NCBI GenBank assembly: GCA_000165425.1 | Contig: CT868407.1 | Span: 323,204 to 387,203 of the forward strand | Reading direction: 5' to 3' | DNA length: 64,000 nucleotides | Origin: Paramecium tetraurelia | Lineage: Eukaryota | Shown here: positions 14,075 to 30,929 of the stretch, piece after piece | How the letters are laid out: every line of letters starts with the position of its first letter | Numbering within the stretch: the stretch's first letter is position 1 | Program-made: the position numbers and the translations under genes | The notes under the pieces: generated by a model | Database searches by the model: none | What the model was told of the DNA's origin: nothing | What the model saw: the letters and a program-made list of their open reading frames with translations, nothing else

Positions 14075-16313
14075 ATGTTTTTCTCACTCTCTTCAATACG
14101 AAAGCCTAAACAGGAATTCAATTTATTACATTTGGAAACTCAAGAATACTACTTTCTATCCCTCAAAGTCTCACTTCACAATAACAATGAGTAATGATAT
14201 CCATTTATGAATAGAATTCGTGGTAAATTGCACATCTGTTCCCGCTCCATAGTATTCCAGCCAAACCAACCAAAATTGCCCATGATTAAGATGAAATACT
14301 CAAATAATCTCATACTGAAGATTCTGCGTAACATAGATACAAAAACCATGAATTAAGTCATGTCAATCAAATGGACTCCCTCCTTGTTAATGGAAGATAT
14401 CGACTCATTAGATATTAATCAATTGTATCAGCATTTCAAGAGAGACAAAAATAACGAGTTATTGGATAGAGTCTACAAAGTTCAATCCAGAACTGCCAAT
14501 TCACAATACACTATCATGTTTCTTAGAGTAGATAAACTGTTTGTTATTAATAGAAATCCAATCAGTCCCTACATTACTGAAACTGTAAGCTAATTTCATT
14601 ATCATGTAGAGCGATGACAATATTGTGTTTTCAATTTCATAATCAAATTCAAAATAAAATATTATCAGATTTCTTAAGCTATATTAAGGACTTACTTAAG
14701 CAGAAGATGAAAACTCATTTATCAGCACAATTATCAACACTACATTAAATGAAGCAATGAATGAACACAGAGCTTAATCATCTCAGTAAGGACTTAAGAT
14801 TGAAATAGCAGTTAAATGCAAATTGATCAAACCTGAAGGAAACATATATGGAATATTTTCTATACAGAGAGATGAAGGCATAAAATACATTCCATTAATC
14901 AATTCACCAAAAGGAAAGATGTTGATGTGGCAATTAACTGATATTAAATTCTTCTTGAAGTATCGTTACATGTTCAAATAAATTGGTTTAGAAATCTGGT
15001 TCTTCAATAAAAAAAGAAGTGTTTTACTTGTTTTTGAAGACCCATAACAATTAGACTCAGTCTACAAATATTTAATAAGAAAAACTACCAAAAATTAAAT
15101 CAGTTCTATCACCATTGAAAAATTAACTGAACTTTGGGTTAATGGAGATTTGAGCAACTTTGACTACCTAATGTCATTAAACACATTTTCCAGCAGAAGC
15201 TTTTGTGATCTATCTGCATATCCTGTATTTCCTTGGGTCATTGCAGAATATTAAGATAAAACCTTTGATTTGACATCTCCGCAATTTTTCAGAGATTTGT
15301 CCCGACCTGTTGGTGCTCTAAACAAACATAGATTATAAAAATATAAATAATCCTATTAAGATTAATTGAAAAGCCAAAAAAATAATAACAATAATGACAT
15401 CATACCCTACATCTATCCCACTCATTATTCTAGTCCTGGAACTGTGGTTTATTATTTAATAAGAAAAATACCTGAATTTGTTATCAAACTATAAAATGGA
15501 GTATTTGGACCGACTGACCGTATCTTTAGAGGTATTGACAGCACTTGGTACACAACATTAAATCTACATGCTGATTCTAAAGAATTAACTCCGGAATTCT
15601 ATTCACTCGATCCAGATTTCTTAATCAATTGTGATAAACTAGAATTGGGGATGACTTAAGAAGGCGAAATTATAGATGATGCCATTATACCACCCTGGGC
15701 TACATCAATGGCTGATTTCTTATTGAAAATGAGGATGGCATTGGAGAGCGATTATGTAAGTTTATAGCTCCCTAAGTGGATAGATTTAATATTTGGTTGC
15801 AAAACTAGAGGAGACGAGGCTGTCAAGTAAGATAATTTATTCTACCCTTACACTTATGCTGAAAATGTGAATTGGAATTAATGCAGAACCTCTATAGAAA
15901 AACAAGCTTTGGAAACTTAGGTTGCTGAATTTGGATAAGTGCCTGTATAGTTATTTAATTCAGGTCATCCAAACAGGAAACTGAAGATTCATGCTCCCTT
16001 GAAATAATAAAGACAATAGTTAAATTCATCGAGCCAAAGAAATCTATAATTAACTGACATTTAATAAGAATCCGAGAATAAAGATTACGTTACATGTTTG
16101 TAAAATTAGATGTCCTCATTGCAATGGGAAAACGAAAAGCTCAAATTCAATCTTGACACAATTAAACAAGAGATGTAATTATAAAAAATTGAGACCTTCA
16201 ATTCATAATATGATCAGGTATATTATTAGTTCTATCTTTTGTAGGAGGAAATCGATAAGAAGGGATAGGATTTGATGAGTGACGATAGTACATTTTAAAA
16301 GATAAAAATTTGA
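14075..16313 (+). CDS. FAN/NSMAF-like PH-BEACH protein without C-terminal WD40 repeats
   Basis: N-terminal FNLLHLETQEYY and IRGKLHICSRSIVFQP (FAN-like). BEACH motifs WVNGDLSNFDYLMSLN, YPVFPWV, FRDLSRPVGAL, THYSS, KELTPEFY, WIDLIFG and EFGQVP. TGA 16311-16313. Confidence 0.9.
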
Positions 16314-16391
16314 TCATTTTATTATTTTTAACTTCCATTATTATAATGGTTTAGAGTTATTATATATTTTTTCTGATAAAATTGATAAATA

Positions 16392-18081
16392 ATGTTTCCA
16401 ATCGATCTTGCCAAACTAGCCACCTTATAGTCTAAGGTACTAAATACACTCACATTGCATATTTATCTATACTTACCTTATAAAAACACTTAAATTCCTA
16501 ATAATTATGTTAGAGATTAGAATCAGACTTCAAGGTACTAGGGAGGATAGGAAAGGGTGGATTCTCTAAGGTTTATAAGGTGAACAACTTATTGGACAAG
16601 AATACCTATGCTTTGAAAAAAGTACACTGTGTTTATAATTTTTATAGATTGAACTCAAAGCTAAAGACATAAAAGATAGCCTTGAGAAAAATATTGAAAG
16701 AGCATAGAGAGGTACATTATTTTGATCAATAAGTTCCGCAGAAGCCAAATACTTAGCCCGTCTATCACATCCCAAAATTATTAGATATTTCAATTCTTGG
16801 GTTGAAGTAATGTAGAACAAATTGGATTCAAAAATGATGAGAAAGTAAGAGTAAGATCAAAATGACTTTGTTATTGAACGAAATAACATTAGTTTTTGTG
16901 ATTCTTAATCAAATTCAAGAAATGACCTTGAAAATTTGATAATGTTTAAAGACACTCAGAACGAGTAGATAAGTTATTCAGAATAAGAAAATGACATCTA
17001 ACCAAAATCGAGGGTGAGTAGAAAGAAAAAAAATCACAACACTCCAAATAAGAAATCAACTAGTCAAGATGAGAAGAAATTGGAGTTCGATAAAATCATA
17101 TTCTATATTTAAACTGAGTTTTGCTAAGAAACACTTGAAAATTATTTGCAACAGAGAAATAATGAATTACTGAAACTCAAGAAAAAGAATATTGAAAAAT
17201 ATCAACTCAAACTTTAAAAATATGAAAAAGAGGCTAAACTAATATTGGATTAAATTATTAAAGGATTGGACTATTTACACAATGAATGCAAACTAGTTCA
17301 TCGAGATTTGAAACCAGGAAACATCTTTATGAATAGTCCAGAAGATGTAAAAATAGGTGATTTCGGTTTGGTGACCAAATTAAAATAATTCTATGATTTT
17401 GATGATTAAGATAATGATGATGACATTTGCACCAAAATGTATGCTGCTCCAGAACAAATCATTTAAAATATCAATAAGGCTTTTTATGATCAAAAAAGTG
17501 ATATTTATGCTTTAGGACTCATCATTTTGTTGTTGTTTCATCCAATCTCTACTTCAATGGAAATGATTAAAGTAATTAATGAAGCCAGAAAAGGAGTGCT
17601 ACCATCAAACCTCAGGGATAGACACAATAAAATAGCTGAAATAATACTGGAGTGTTTAAACAACGATCCTAAGCAAAGACCAAATATTAATGAGATATCA
17701 TTTTAAGACTCATCAAATTCATTGTCTTCATCAAAGAAAAGCAGCAATGAATTTAGTAGTGACACAACTGATTATTTTATTAAAAATATAGGTGTTTGCT
17801 AAGTCAAATTTGAAGACGAGGATGTTTAAGAGAAGTAATTATTTAATCTTTACATTTTTAGATATTTGATTTTTAATAACAGATAAATTTAGATTTTTAA
17901 AAACTAGAAAAGTTAAAAAGCCTAAATGATCTACAATCTTAATGAATGCAATATATCTTATATTGATGATAAGATTGTCATCCAACACAGTTAATTAGAA
18001 AACTTTTCATTCACAACTACACATAATTACTTATAAGATATTTATGATCAATTATGTGAACTCACTTAATCATTCAATTGA
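16392..18081 (+). CDS. eIF2-alpha kinase family (PEK/HRI/GCN2-like) kinase with kinase insert and C-terminal PH-like domain
   Basis: [43 protein letters not shown], long insert, [31 protein letters not shown] and [11 protein letters not shown] 18079-18081. Confidence 0.88.
16437..16513 (+). other. Unusually long (77 nt) predicted first intron
   Basis: GTAC...TTAG with no internal AG; removing it joins [15 protein letters not shown] in frame to [10 protein letters not shown]. Confidence 0.65.
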
Positions 18082-18126
18082 TTATTATAAATATATTTAT
18101 ATTTATAATTATTTTATAAACTAAAA

Positions 18127-18667
18127 TCATTCATCCCTATTTAAAATTAGTTTTAAACATTTAGTAAACGAATTCATTTCACTTATGTAGTTATTTTTTG
18201 CAAGTTCCAACTTCTACAGTCTTTCTTGCAGAAAATGATAATTTTATTGATATTATTGACAAGATTCTGTCTCTTGCATCAATCTATACTCAAGTAACTA
18301 TTTTTATCGCTTTAGAATTTGTAACTAATCTTAAGTATTTGGTTTCATAACTGCACCTGTTTATTATTCTAAATCACTATTTTAACTTCTAGAATTTGTC
18401 TGATCTGATGAACTATTATGAGAATTTCTATTTGCCAATGTAAAGGCATTTACTTTGATCTTATTAAAGTCAATCTCAGGTGGTTTTATTACAGTGATAG
18501 GCTTCCTATAAAATCTAAATCAATAATAACTTAATTATTGTGGAAGTGATGGATTTCGCCCTTGTTTTATTCGTTGCAGGTTGTTGCTTTGCTTTTGTCG
18601 TTTCCGACGTAGAGATGGCTGACTTTTTCCTTAAAGTGGAAAAGCTTTACGAATTATTTTTTATCAT
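18127..18667 (-). CDS. Hypothetical protein, Ser/Thr/Lys-rich N-terminus and coiled-coil C-terminus
   Basis: ATG 18667, one 25-nt GTT...TAG intron, TGA 18127. Confidence 0.7.
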
Positions 18668-18681
18668 TTACAGATAATAAA

Positions 18682-19560
18682 ATGAATGCTCTGATCAAAG
18701 AAATTTTGAGTAATTTCTATATTAAAATTAGAGGAATAACATTAAATTTTAAACAATTTGGCTGATATTCCTCTTATTTGATACTAATTGAAATCGCCAA
18801 TATTACTCAAAAAAGAACTAATTATCAATAAAGTGGTGATAATATAAAATAAATTGAGTTATAATGATTGAGATTATCTATAAAAAAATTTCAATTAAAT
18901 GAAAATTGATACATAAAACTTTAAATTCTAATTCAATCATTTACAATTAAATCCAAAATCTTAATGGTTGAACATTAATCATAGTAGAATAGAATCATTT
19001 CATTCAATCAAGATATATATAAATTTCGATTAATTATTGATTGATTTATTTGCTAATAAATCTATCATAAAATTTAATTTCAAGAGTTTAAATTAGAACT
19101 GAAGTAATAAATAAGGAGGATTGATTGATTAACAAACTTTTGATTAAATATTGAAGATATTTTAGAACGGGTATTAGGATGATTAAATTGAGGGGATTCA
19201 TATAAATTTGATGCTCAAGAAATAGGCGAGTATCAAATATGCATATTTTGGCATTTAAAAAAAAATAATTTTAAAAGATACAAGTTCAATAAAAATAATA
19301 GTTATTGATATCAATTTTTGAATTGATAATGTGAATTATCACACAATATAGTATAACCTTAGATGATGAGATTATTTGAATCCCTTTTAAGAATTTATCT
19401 AAAATTTATATACCAACCCCGAATTAATACTAACAATTATATATATTAAACATGAAAATCAAAAATGCAAGATTATGATACAAATATTCGATAATTTGAA
19501 AAGAGTTGAGTCATCTTATACAATAAACTCTAACTGATTTGGAACTTATTCCTATGAATT
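18682..19560 (+). pseudogene. Possible decayed gene in a long intergenic gap
   Basis: ATG 18682 followed by a canonical-looking 22-nt intron, then an early TGA and broken coding-like segments. Confidence 0.2.
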
Positions 19561-19618
19561 GATGAGAATGAAATATATAAATTAATAATAAGTTTAATTA
19601 ATATAAATTTGTTTTACA

Positions 19619-21939
<2,321 letters not shown>

Positions 21940-21945
21940 TTTATT

Positions 21946-21961
21946 TATATATATATATATT
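21946..21961. repeat. (TA)n microsatellite in the 32-nt gap between convergent genes
   Basis: Run of tatatatatatatat directly visible. Confidence 0.8.
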
Positions 21962-21971
21962 TATTATTAAC

Positions 21972-24006
<2,035 letters not shown>

Positions 24007-24204
24007 TCTTTCTGAAATTGTGATTAAGAAAATATAATATAAAAATTAATTTCTCAAACAACTATTTGTTCACATTAAAATCCTCATTTGCAATTTTAAT
24101 TGCTACTATTTTCATAATGATAAAGCCATTCAAAATTGATTATCTTGTATGATTCCTATATTACTCTTAAGACAGATTCTTTTTTAATAATATAATTATA
24201 TTTA

Positions 24205-26616
24205 ATGTTATTGTTTCTTATATATATTACATAAAGTCTAAGTTATTTGATATTTGAATAAAATGGAAGAATTAACAATTCATTACATATTGATTTGAAT
24301 ATTACAAAAGAATAAAAATAGCTGTTGGATAAGGACTATTTATGGTTTGATTTTTAATTTGATTTTCCAACACCTATATCAATTGAACTTGAGAACACTA
24401 TTACCAAATTAGATTAATTACTTCAAGTGCAAGTAGATGATGCACAATACGGTCTATTTATATGCAAAGACTTTTAATTATCTAATCAGAAGACTACAAT
24501 GATCCTTGATCCATTACCGCAGTATTAAGAATAATGGTATAAATATAAAGTTAATGTAAATAAATATCCAAGAATACTCACCAGGTTCTAACCTGAATTA
24601 GGTTTTACAAAAAATTCATCGGAAGTGATTTATAGTTTGAATATGACTTATGAAACTTCTGGGTTTTATCAAATTGAAATTAATTATAAATATGGGTCTG
24701 GAAATTTGGAACTTTAAACTTGTAAAAGTAATGTTTGCAATAATTAAAATAATGAGACCAAATTACTCCTAAATTTTTCATAAATAGAATGCACACTGAT
24801 TTTAAAGGATTATTATTAGGATCTATGTAGCCATCAACTTAAAGTAACTACCACCAATGCCACCTTTTATTACCTTACTTTTAAACACTATAGTTCTGCT
24901 AATGTCTAATTTATAAAACCTAATAAAATATCGTAAATTGAGATAGTGAACAAGGAAGCTTCCCTCGTATTGGATGATTTAAACTCGCTTAATTTTATCT
25001 ATACCAATTAAAAGATAAAAGCAATCCAATACTCAGAAAAGTCCAGAAACTAATTTGAGAGTAATGTTATCATTTTGGCTAAAGAAGAATAAAATTTGCA
25101 AGATTGGGATTAAAACTTCTATCTCTAGTCTAACGCACACTAAAATCTAACATTACAATATCTTAATTCAATTTAAACTCTATATTTGAATTCAAATTTT
25201 AGATTAGAATAAGAGGAAGATTCCTATGCTTTCTATTGTGTCGATACAATATTCTCTGAATTTGTATTTGAGCTTTTTGTTTATGATTATGAACTTCTAG
25301 TCTAAATTTATTTTTCCAATAACACCCTCTATCCTAATGAACATCAGAACGAATTCGAATTAATAGAATCAAATATCAAATCAATCAAAATGAATGGAGA
25401 TACTAAAATGTATATTGGTATTAAAACTAAACAAAAAGCCCTTGAATATTAATTACATATAAGAGAACCTACTTTCTATTTTTTAAATCTGTTTTAATTA
25501 AGAAGATTTAGCTATTGTAAAACATGTTAAATGGAATATAAATATGCTTCATAATCGAATGCAGAAATTCAACTCCATATTTATTACGATTAAATGAACT
25601 ATGAACAAGATAATTCTCTGTTTGAAATATAGTTCATAGAGAATGGAAAGTTCATAAAGCCCATATAAACTTACCATTCATAAAATTATCTCAGATTTTC
25701 TCTTTAAACTCAAGTGGAATTGCAATACATTATTCTAACTAAAAGCAAAATTTAATAGGATCTAGAAATCATGATAACTGATACTAAACTATTAGAATTA
25801 CAATTTAATTAAGATATATCCTCAATTGATTTTGCAGTAGAAATCTTTAAAATTTAATAAACAAACAATAATATATTTTATTTCTATTTTAAAGAAGATA
25901 TAGAAGAAAAAATTTTAATTATTAATAGAAATGGCTAATCAGAAGTCGAAAAGATTGCATAAAATTATTATAAAGTTTAATTTATCAATAATGTGAGAGA
26001 AGATGCTTATACATATTTTATGATAGAAGGCATTAAGTCTTAAATAACATTTTAAGTATAAGAAAAGACTTATAAAAACATTGAATTGATATCCAAAAAT
26101 ATCTTTCTCTCTCCTCTTAAATATGAACAGCAATTAACAAGCCTTACTCTTAATACACAAATTCTTAATTGCACACAACTAAAATGTGATGAATTACATA
26201 TTTAAAAAATTCTAATTATAACTAAAATAGGATTTAAAAATAAATCTATTGAGTATTCTCAAGGATATTACAACCTAAGCGAATACCATTAAACTTTAAA
26301 TGAGCTATATGACCCTATTTCAAACATTTAATCGATTTAATTGTTTGCTTAAATTAATGAGAATAATAATAATTTTAACTTTAGCTCCTAAGTATTTTAA
26401 TTATAATTAAAGAATTAAATAATGCTACAAAGGTAAGAACCTCAACTATAAAATCTATTATTCGCCATTTTGTATATAATTTTTATTGTGTTTCTTGGAT
26501 ATATAGTTTTTAAGATGATTTTTAGAAAGAAAGTGTCCATATTTCCTAAGAATATAAATAAAAGACGTCATAATTATGAAGATGAAGAGGAATCAATATC
26601 AATAGATGATATATGA
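24205..26616 (+). CDS. Intronless type I single-pass membrane protein, about 803 aa
   Basis: Signal-peptide-like MLLFLIYITQSLS, Asn-rich ectodomain, TM LLFAILYIIFIVFLGYIVF, basic then acidic tail. ATG and TGA are in the same frame. Confidence 0.8.
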
Positions 26617-26643
26617 TATTATTATTAATAAACCATTTTTTAT

Positions 26644-27784
26644 TCAGTCTGAAAATTCCCCAGTCAAAGTACCGTTATCATAATATTAATATCTATTATT
26701 GAATACATTTTATACCTTTATGACTCGATGACATCATTAAGATAAGTAATTTTTGTAAATACTTCTATTTTCTTATCATCTTTATAGATTCCTATTAATT
26801 TTAACTTCCTTTAATTTGTGGGCTTTATTAAATTTAGACTTTTAAAAAAAGACTGATTTATGTCTTAGTCTTCTATTTCGATTTATGTTTCTGTGATAGC
26901 CCCATGTTTTTTATTTTCAAAAAATTCTCCTTCATAACTTTAATATATGAGCTAAAAAATACATGCATTCATAGGTTGGAGTACTTTAAACCAATTTTCC
27001 TTTGCCGTGCATCATCCCCTTGTATACTTCTCCTTCGTAGTAAGTATTTTAATCCAATTGAATCCTCCCTTATTACTTAAGTTCTTCAACTCTAACCTTA
27101 GAATAATTAATACTTTAAAACAGACATGGTCTTAGGATTAGGTAAATCTACAGGCTTTTCAATCTCAATTTATTATGATATATTGCTCTAAGGCTTCTAT
27201 TCTGATATAATAGAATTTGAATTAGATTTTTCCGGTTTATCTGTTTATCCATCTATGATTGAGGGAACTTTTGTTTCTTTTTCTGTTTGCTGGGTAGATG
27301 AGCCTAATGTTAAGATTAGGAAGGCATTTTCCAAATTCATTTAAAGATTTTATATATCACTTTCACAATTTTCCAAGTCGACCTTTAGTTATTCTCTAAA
27401 ATTAAGAACTTCTTGAAGTTTTTCGTTGTTGAAAATAAAGTATTCGATCTTTTAATTAAGTGTTTCAATCAAAGAAGAGAAATGGTCTACTTTTAATTAA
27501 ATTTAAGATTTCAGGTCAAATAAAAGCTTCTCAAAATTTGTTTGCCATTGTTTTAGGTTGAATAAAGCACCATAAAGGTGTTGGACAATTTCTGATGAAT
27601 CTAACTTTTCTCGAATTTCTTTGTTGATTTTTTCTAGATCCTTCAAAGCTGTAAATGATTATTTTGGTAGATCCGATTCAAATTAACACATTGCGCAGCA
27701 TAGAACCCATTGATTATTTTCTCTAATAACAAAGGCTACTGGTTAGTTTTCGTGACATTCTTTTATGCAATATTTAAAACTCAT
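26644..27784 (-). CDS. MORN-repeat protein with N-terminal B-box-like Cys/His motif and coiled coil
   Basis: CIKECH...CCAMC at the N-terminus; YEGEVYKGMMHGKGKL and YEGEFFENKKHG MORN repeats; three 22-25 nt introns. Confidence 0.8.
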
Positions 27785-28166
27785 TAATATTATATATTAT
27801 TTTTATTATTTTCATTTTGATACGAGTAATGTTTATAAATAATCTTTATAAAGATTATATAGGATTTTAATAAAAATATAACTTAAATTGATAAATTCGT
27901 AAAGATTTAAATATCTTTAGGAGTACACTATATTGATAGTTTGAATGACTTAAAAAGATATTTTTTATAAAAAGGTGAAATAAAATGAATGGCAGACAGG
28001 AATTAATTACTAAAGTACGATTAGATTTACTATGAATTATACATTTTGGATATTCCATTTCAATAAGAAAATTAGTTTCAAAGTCCTAAAAATGTTTTTG
28101 TTTAATAGTGTTGTAATAATGTTTAGAAGGTAAAAAATAAATGTTAATTTAATGAATATATGAATA

Positions 28167-28532
28167 TCAAGATGCTTAAAAGTCAAGATAGGCAAAATAT
28201 TTTTATTGATTTATTATTGATTATAAACTATCTTAATAATTTTGCCACTTTGGCTTTGGCACGAAATCTTGTTGAATTTTGAAGAGATGGGAATTCTGCT
28301 ATTCCAATTTCTATTTAGCAATAAGTTATTTAATTTTAGTATTGTTCCTTATTTACTATAAATATTTGTTATTTATCGTGGAATAGTCAAAACTATATTA
28401 TAATTTATTGATATTATCATAGTTCCTTGGAGTATCCTACTTAGACCATCTCCTCTTGGGGTTTTATTCCAAATCTTAGTTTTTATTTTGAGATGACTTT
28501 CTGCTTTGCTTTTCATATTTTCTTTAATTCAT
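28167..28532 (-). CDS. Hypothetical protein, 121 aa
   Basis: ATG 28532 to TGA 28167 open with no intron. Confidence 0.55.
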
Positions 28533-28688
28533 TTTAATATTTTATAATAAAGAAAGTTTATATTCTCACCTCACATTAGATCTTAATTATGTATAGAACA
28601 TTCACATATTATAAGGTAGAAAGTAGTATTTCACTTAATTAAAATAATAATTATATATTACAAAGTGTTCAGTTAGTTAATTAATTCA

Positions 28689-29280
28689 ATGAATAAAGAA
28701 GTCGAGATATTAATTGTTGAATTGAAGGTATTATTTAATATAAAAGTGAAGAATAGTAAAATAAAAGAAAATTTATTAAAAAAGATTTTAATGAATGTTT
28801 ATCTTTAGTTAAATTAAAAAGTCCATATAAATTCAAAGAGAACATGAGTAAACTAATTTTGATGAAAGAATGACGTAGTATTGGATTGAATGTTTAACTA
28901 GATTTGCATAGTTAAATTAATAGGTCGCATTATGATAATGAATGCTGAAATGATTCAAAAGACAAAAAGAGCATACCCCAATTTGGAATAAAAATGAAAA
29001 TTGATATGAATTTACAATAAAACAATTAATTAGTACAAGAGATAATTGATAATTTAAATAGAAAGGAATATAATTAAAAGATGGGACTACAGAATAGTAT
29101 GAGGGATTATGTAGTCAAATTTTAATTACTTATAAAATGGAATTAGAGATTACATTAAATAGAACCACAGGAGTAAATAACATATTATGTCAAATTGTAA
29201 TTTCATTTGAGGAGGTAAGATTTCAATTAGATTGTGGTAAAATTGTAGTGTTATGATGTTAATTATAATAATTGTGATGT
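28689..29280 (+). pseudogene. Probable decayed gene
   Basis: ATG 28689 and a plausible first intron, then coding-like segments (EHEQTNFDERMTQYWIECLTRFAQ; LVQEIIDNLNRKEYNQK) in different frames separated by TGA. Confidence 0.3.
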
Positions 29281-29303
29281 ACTTAAAACAATACTTTATA
29301 ATA

Positions 29304-30827
29304 TCAAAACAATTCTAATGTACCCTATTCCTTTTCCTTTTTCAATGTTTCAAAATAACCATAGATAATAGTGACCGAGAGCAAAATACCAGTTCCTATG
29401 AAAATATAGACAGAATAAAATACCTGATCCAATAGCTCCAAGAAAATCAGCCATGATAGTAAGAGCTCCAATGCACATACCACCAAATGAAGCGGCTATT
29501 GGAATGTATCTCTTCAGGACTTCTTTCATAGATGAGTCTCTGTATCCTACAATTTACATGTCTTATTCTTTCAATTATTTGGCAACCTAAGTATAATTAT
29601 TAAGTAATACATCTTTAGGTGAGGATCCAGATACATCAATCCAAGTTTTGGAGAAGACTGCACAAGTTCCAAGTATGAAGGCAGTGTAAAGGATAGTGTG
29701 GATTGGATCAAAAATTGCTTCTGAAATTGATCTTGGTGGAGATACATAATAGACTAATCCACCAACTGGGACTGTTTGTCCATTTTCTAATTCTTACCAA
29801 TATCCTAATAGACGGATTAAGAAGTTTCCTCTGAAATTTCTATAGAGGATTTAGGATAGGAAATAAAGGTTTGAAACAAGTGCAGTTTACAAAATGATTG
29901 GGATGTTGGAAGTGTAAAACAATTTAATGGGATAAGATGTCAATCCTCCTCTAACTTTGTTATTTTTGATGGGAATATCTACTTTGAAGCCTTGGAAATA
30001 AATGACAATCAAAAACACAAGGACTGTAGCCAATAAATTAGTAAGATTAGGCAAAGAGTCTCTCAAGATGGCTGATTGGATAGCAGCTATTTTGTCACTC
30101 TAAATGAAGAGTCCATGCAATAAGGCAATGACAGCGCCTTCATATTCGAGTCCAAGTTATGTTTTGTGAGTGATAGGGGAGAATGCTTTCCACATGATGT
30201 TTTCGCAGATGTTAATAGCAATGAATAATGAAGTTCCTGAATTTCCAATTCCATATCCTTTAGAGAGTAATTCATCGATCATGATCATGACGATTGCTGA
30301 GAAGACTAATTGGATTATGATGAGGATGGCATTTCCTGCTCCCAATTTGTCTAAATCTCCATACATTCCTGACCAAACATAAGCAAAGGCTTCTCCGAAA
30401 GCAATGAGGATTCCCAACACTAAGATAGACAAAGTTGATTACATTTTTGTGCTCCAGAATAAAGTTATTTGTCTTCTTTGACATTTTAATCAACATCAAT
30501 CAATTTGGCACCTGCCAAGAGTTGCATAATCATTGAGGCTGTGACCATAGGTGAGATACCTAATTCCATCAAAGTACCTCTATTCGATGCTAATATGACT
30601 CTCATCCAATAGAATGGATCACCAGCAGAAGATTTGTATATACCATAGAGTGGAATTTGGGAGCAAATCAGATAGAGCAAAGTTGCAATGGCTGTCCATA
30701 ATGCTCTGTATTTAAATAAGATCTAAAATCAATTTAATATAGGTACTCTTCTTTCAGGCTCAGCCACATCTGGAATGATGGCCATGGCTGGTCTCATATA
30801 ATTGAGGATCTTGGTTTTATTTGTCAT
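29304..30827 (-). CDS. SEC61A: Protein transport protein Sec61 subunit alpha
   Basis: [58 protein letters not shown] and [15 protein letters not shown]; four tiny introns. Confidence 0.97.
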
Positions 30828-30929
30828 TTTTATTATTGTACTTTAACGTGGTTATTTTTAACATTTATTGAACCCCAAACACACGTGTGAATTGAATTAA
30901 TATTATAATTTTAATAATAAATTCTCATT

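Noticed and set aside
16445..16471. TA-bounded IES inside the long intron
   Set aside because: About 25 nt, below the usual 26-nt minimum, with only one end resembling TAYAG. TA pairs are ubiquitous in this AT-rich DNA.
19190..19250. GOLD/p24-like peptide SYKFDAQEIGEYQICI
   Set aside because: An isolated short match flanked by stops; chance similarity cannot be excluded.
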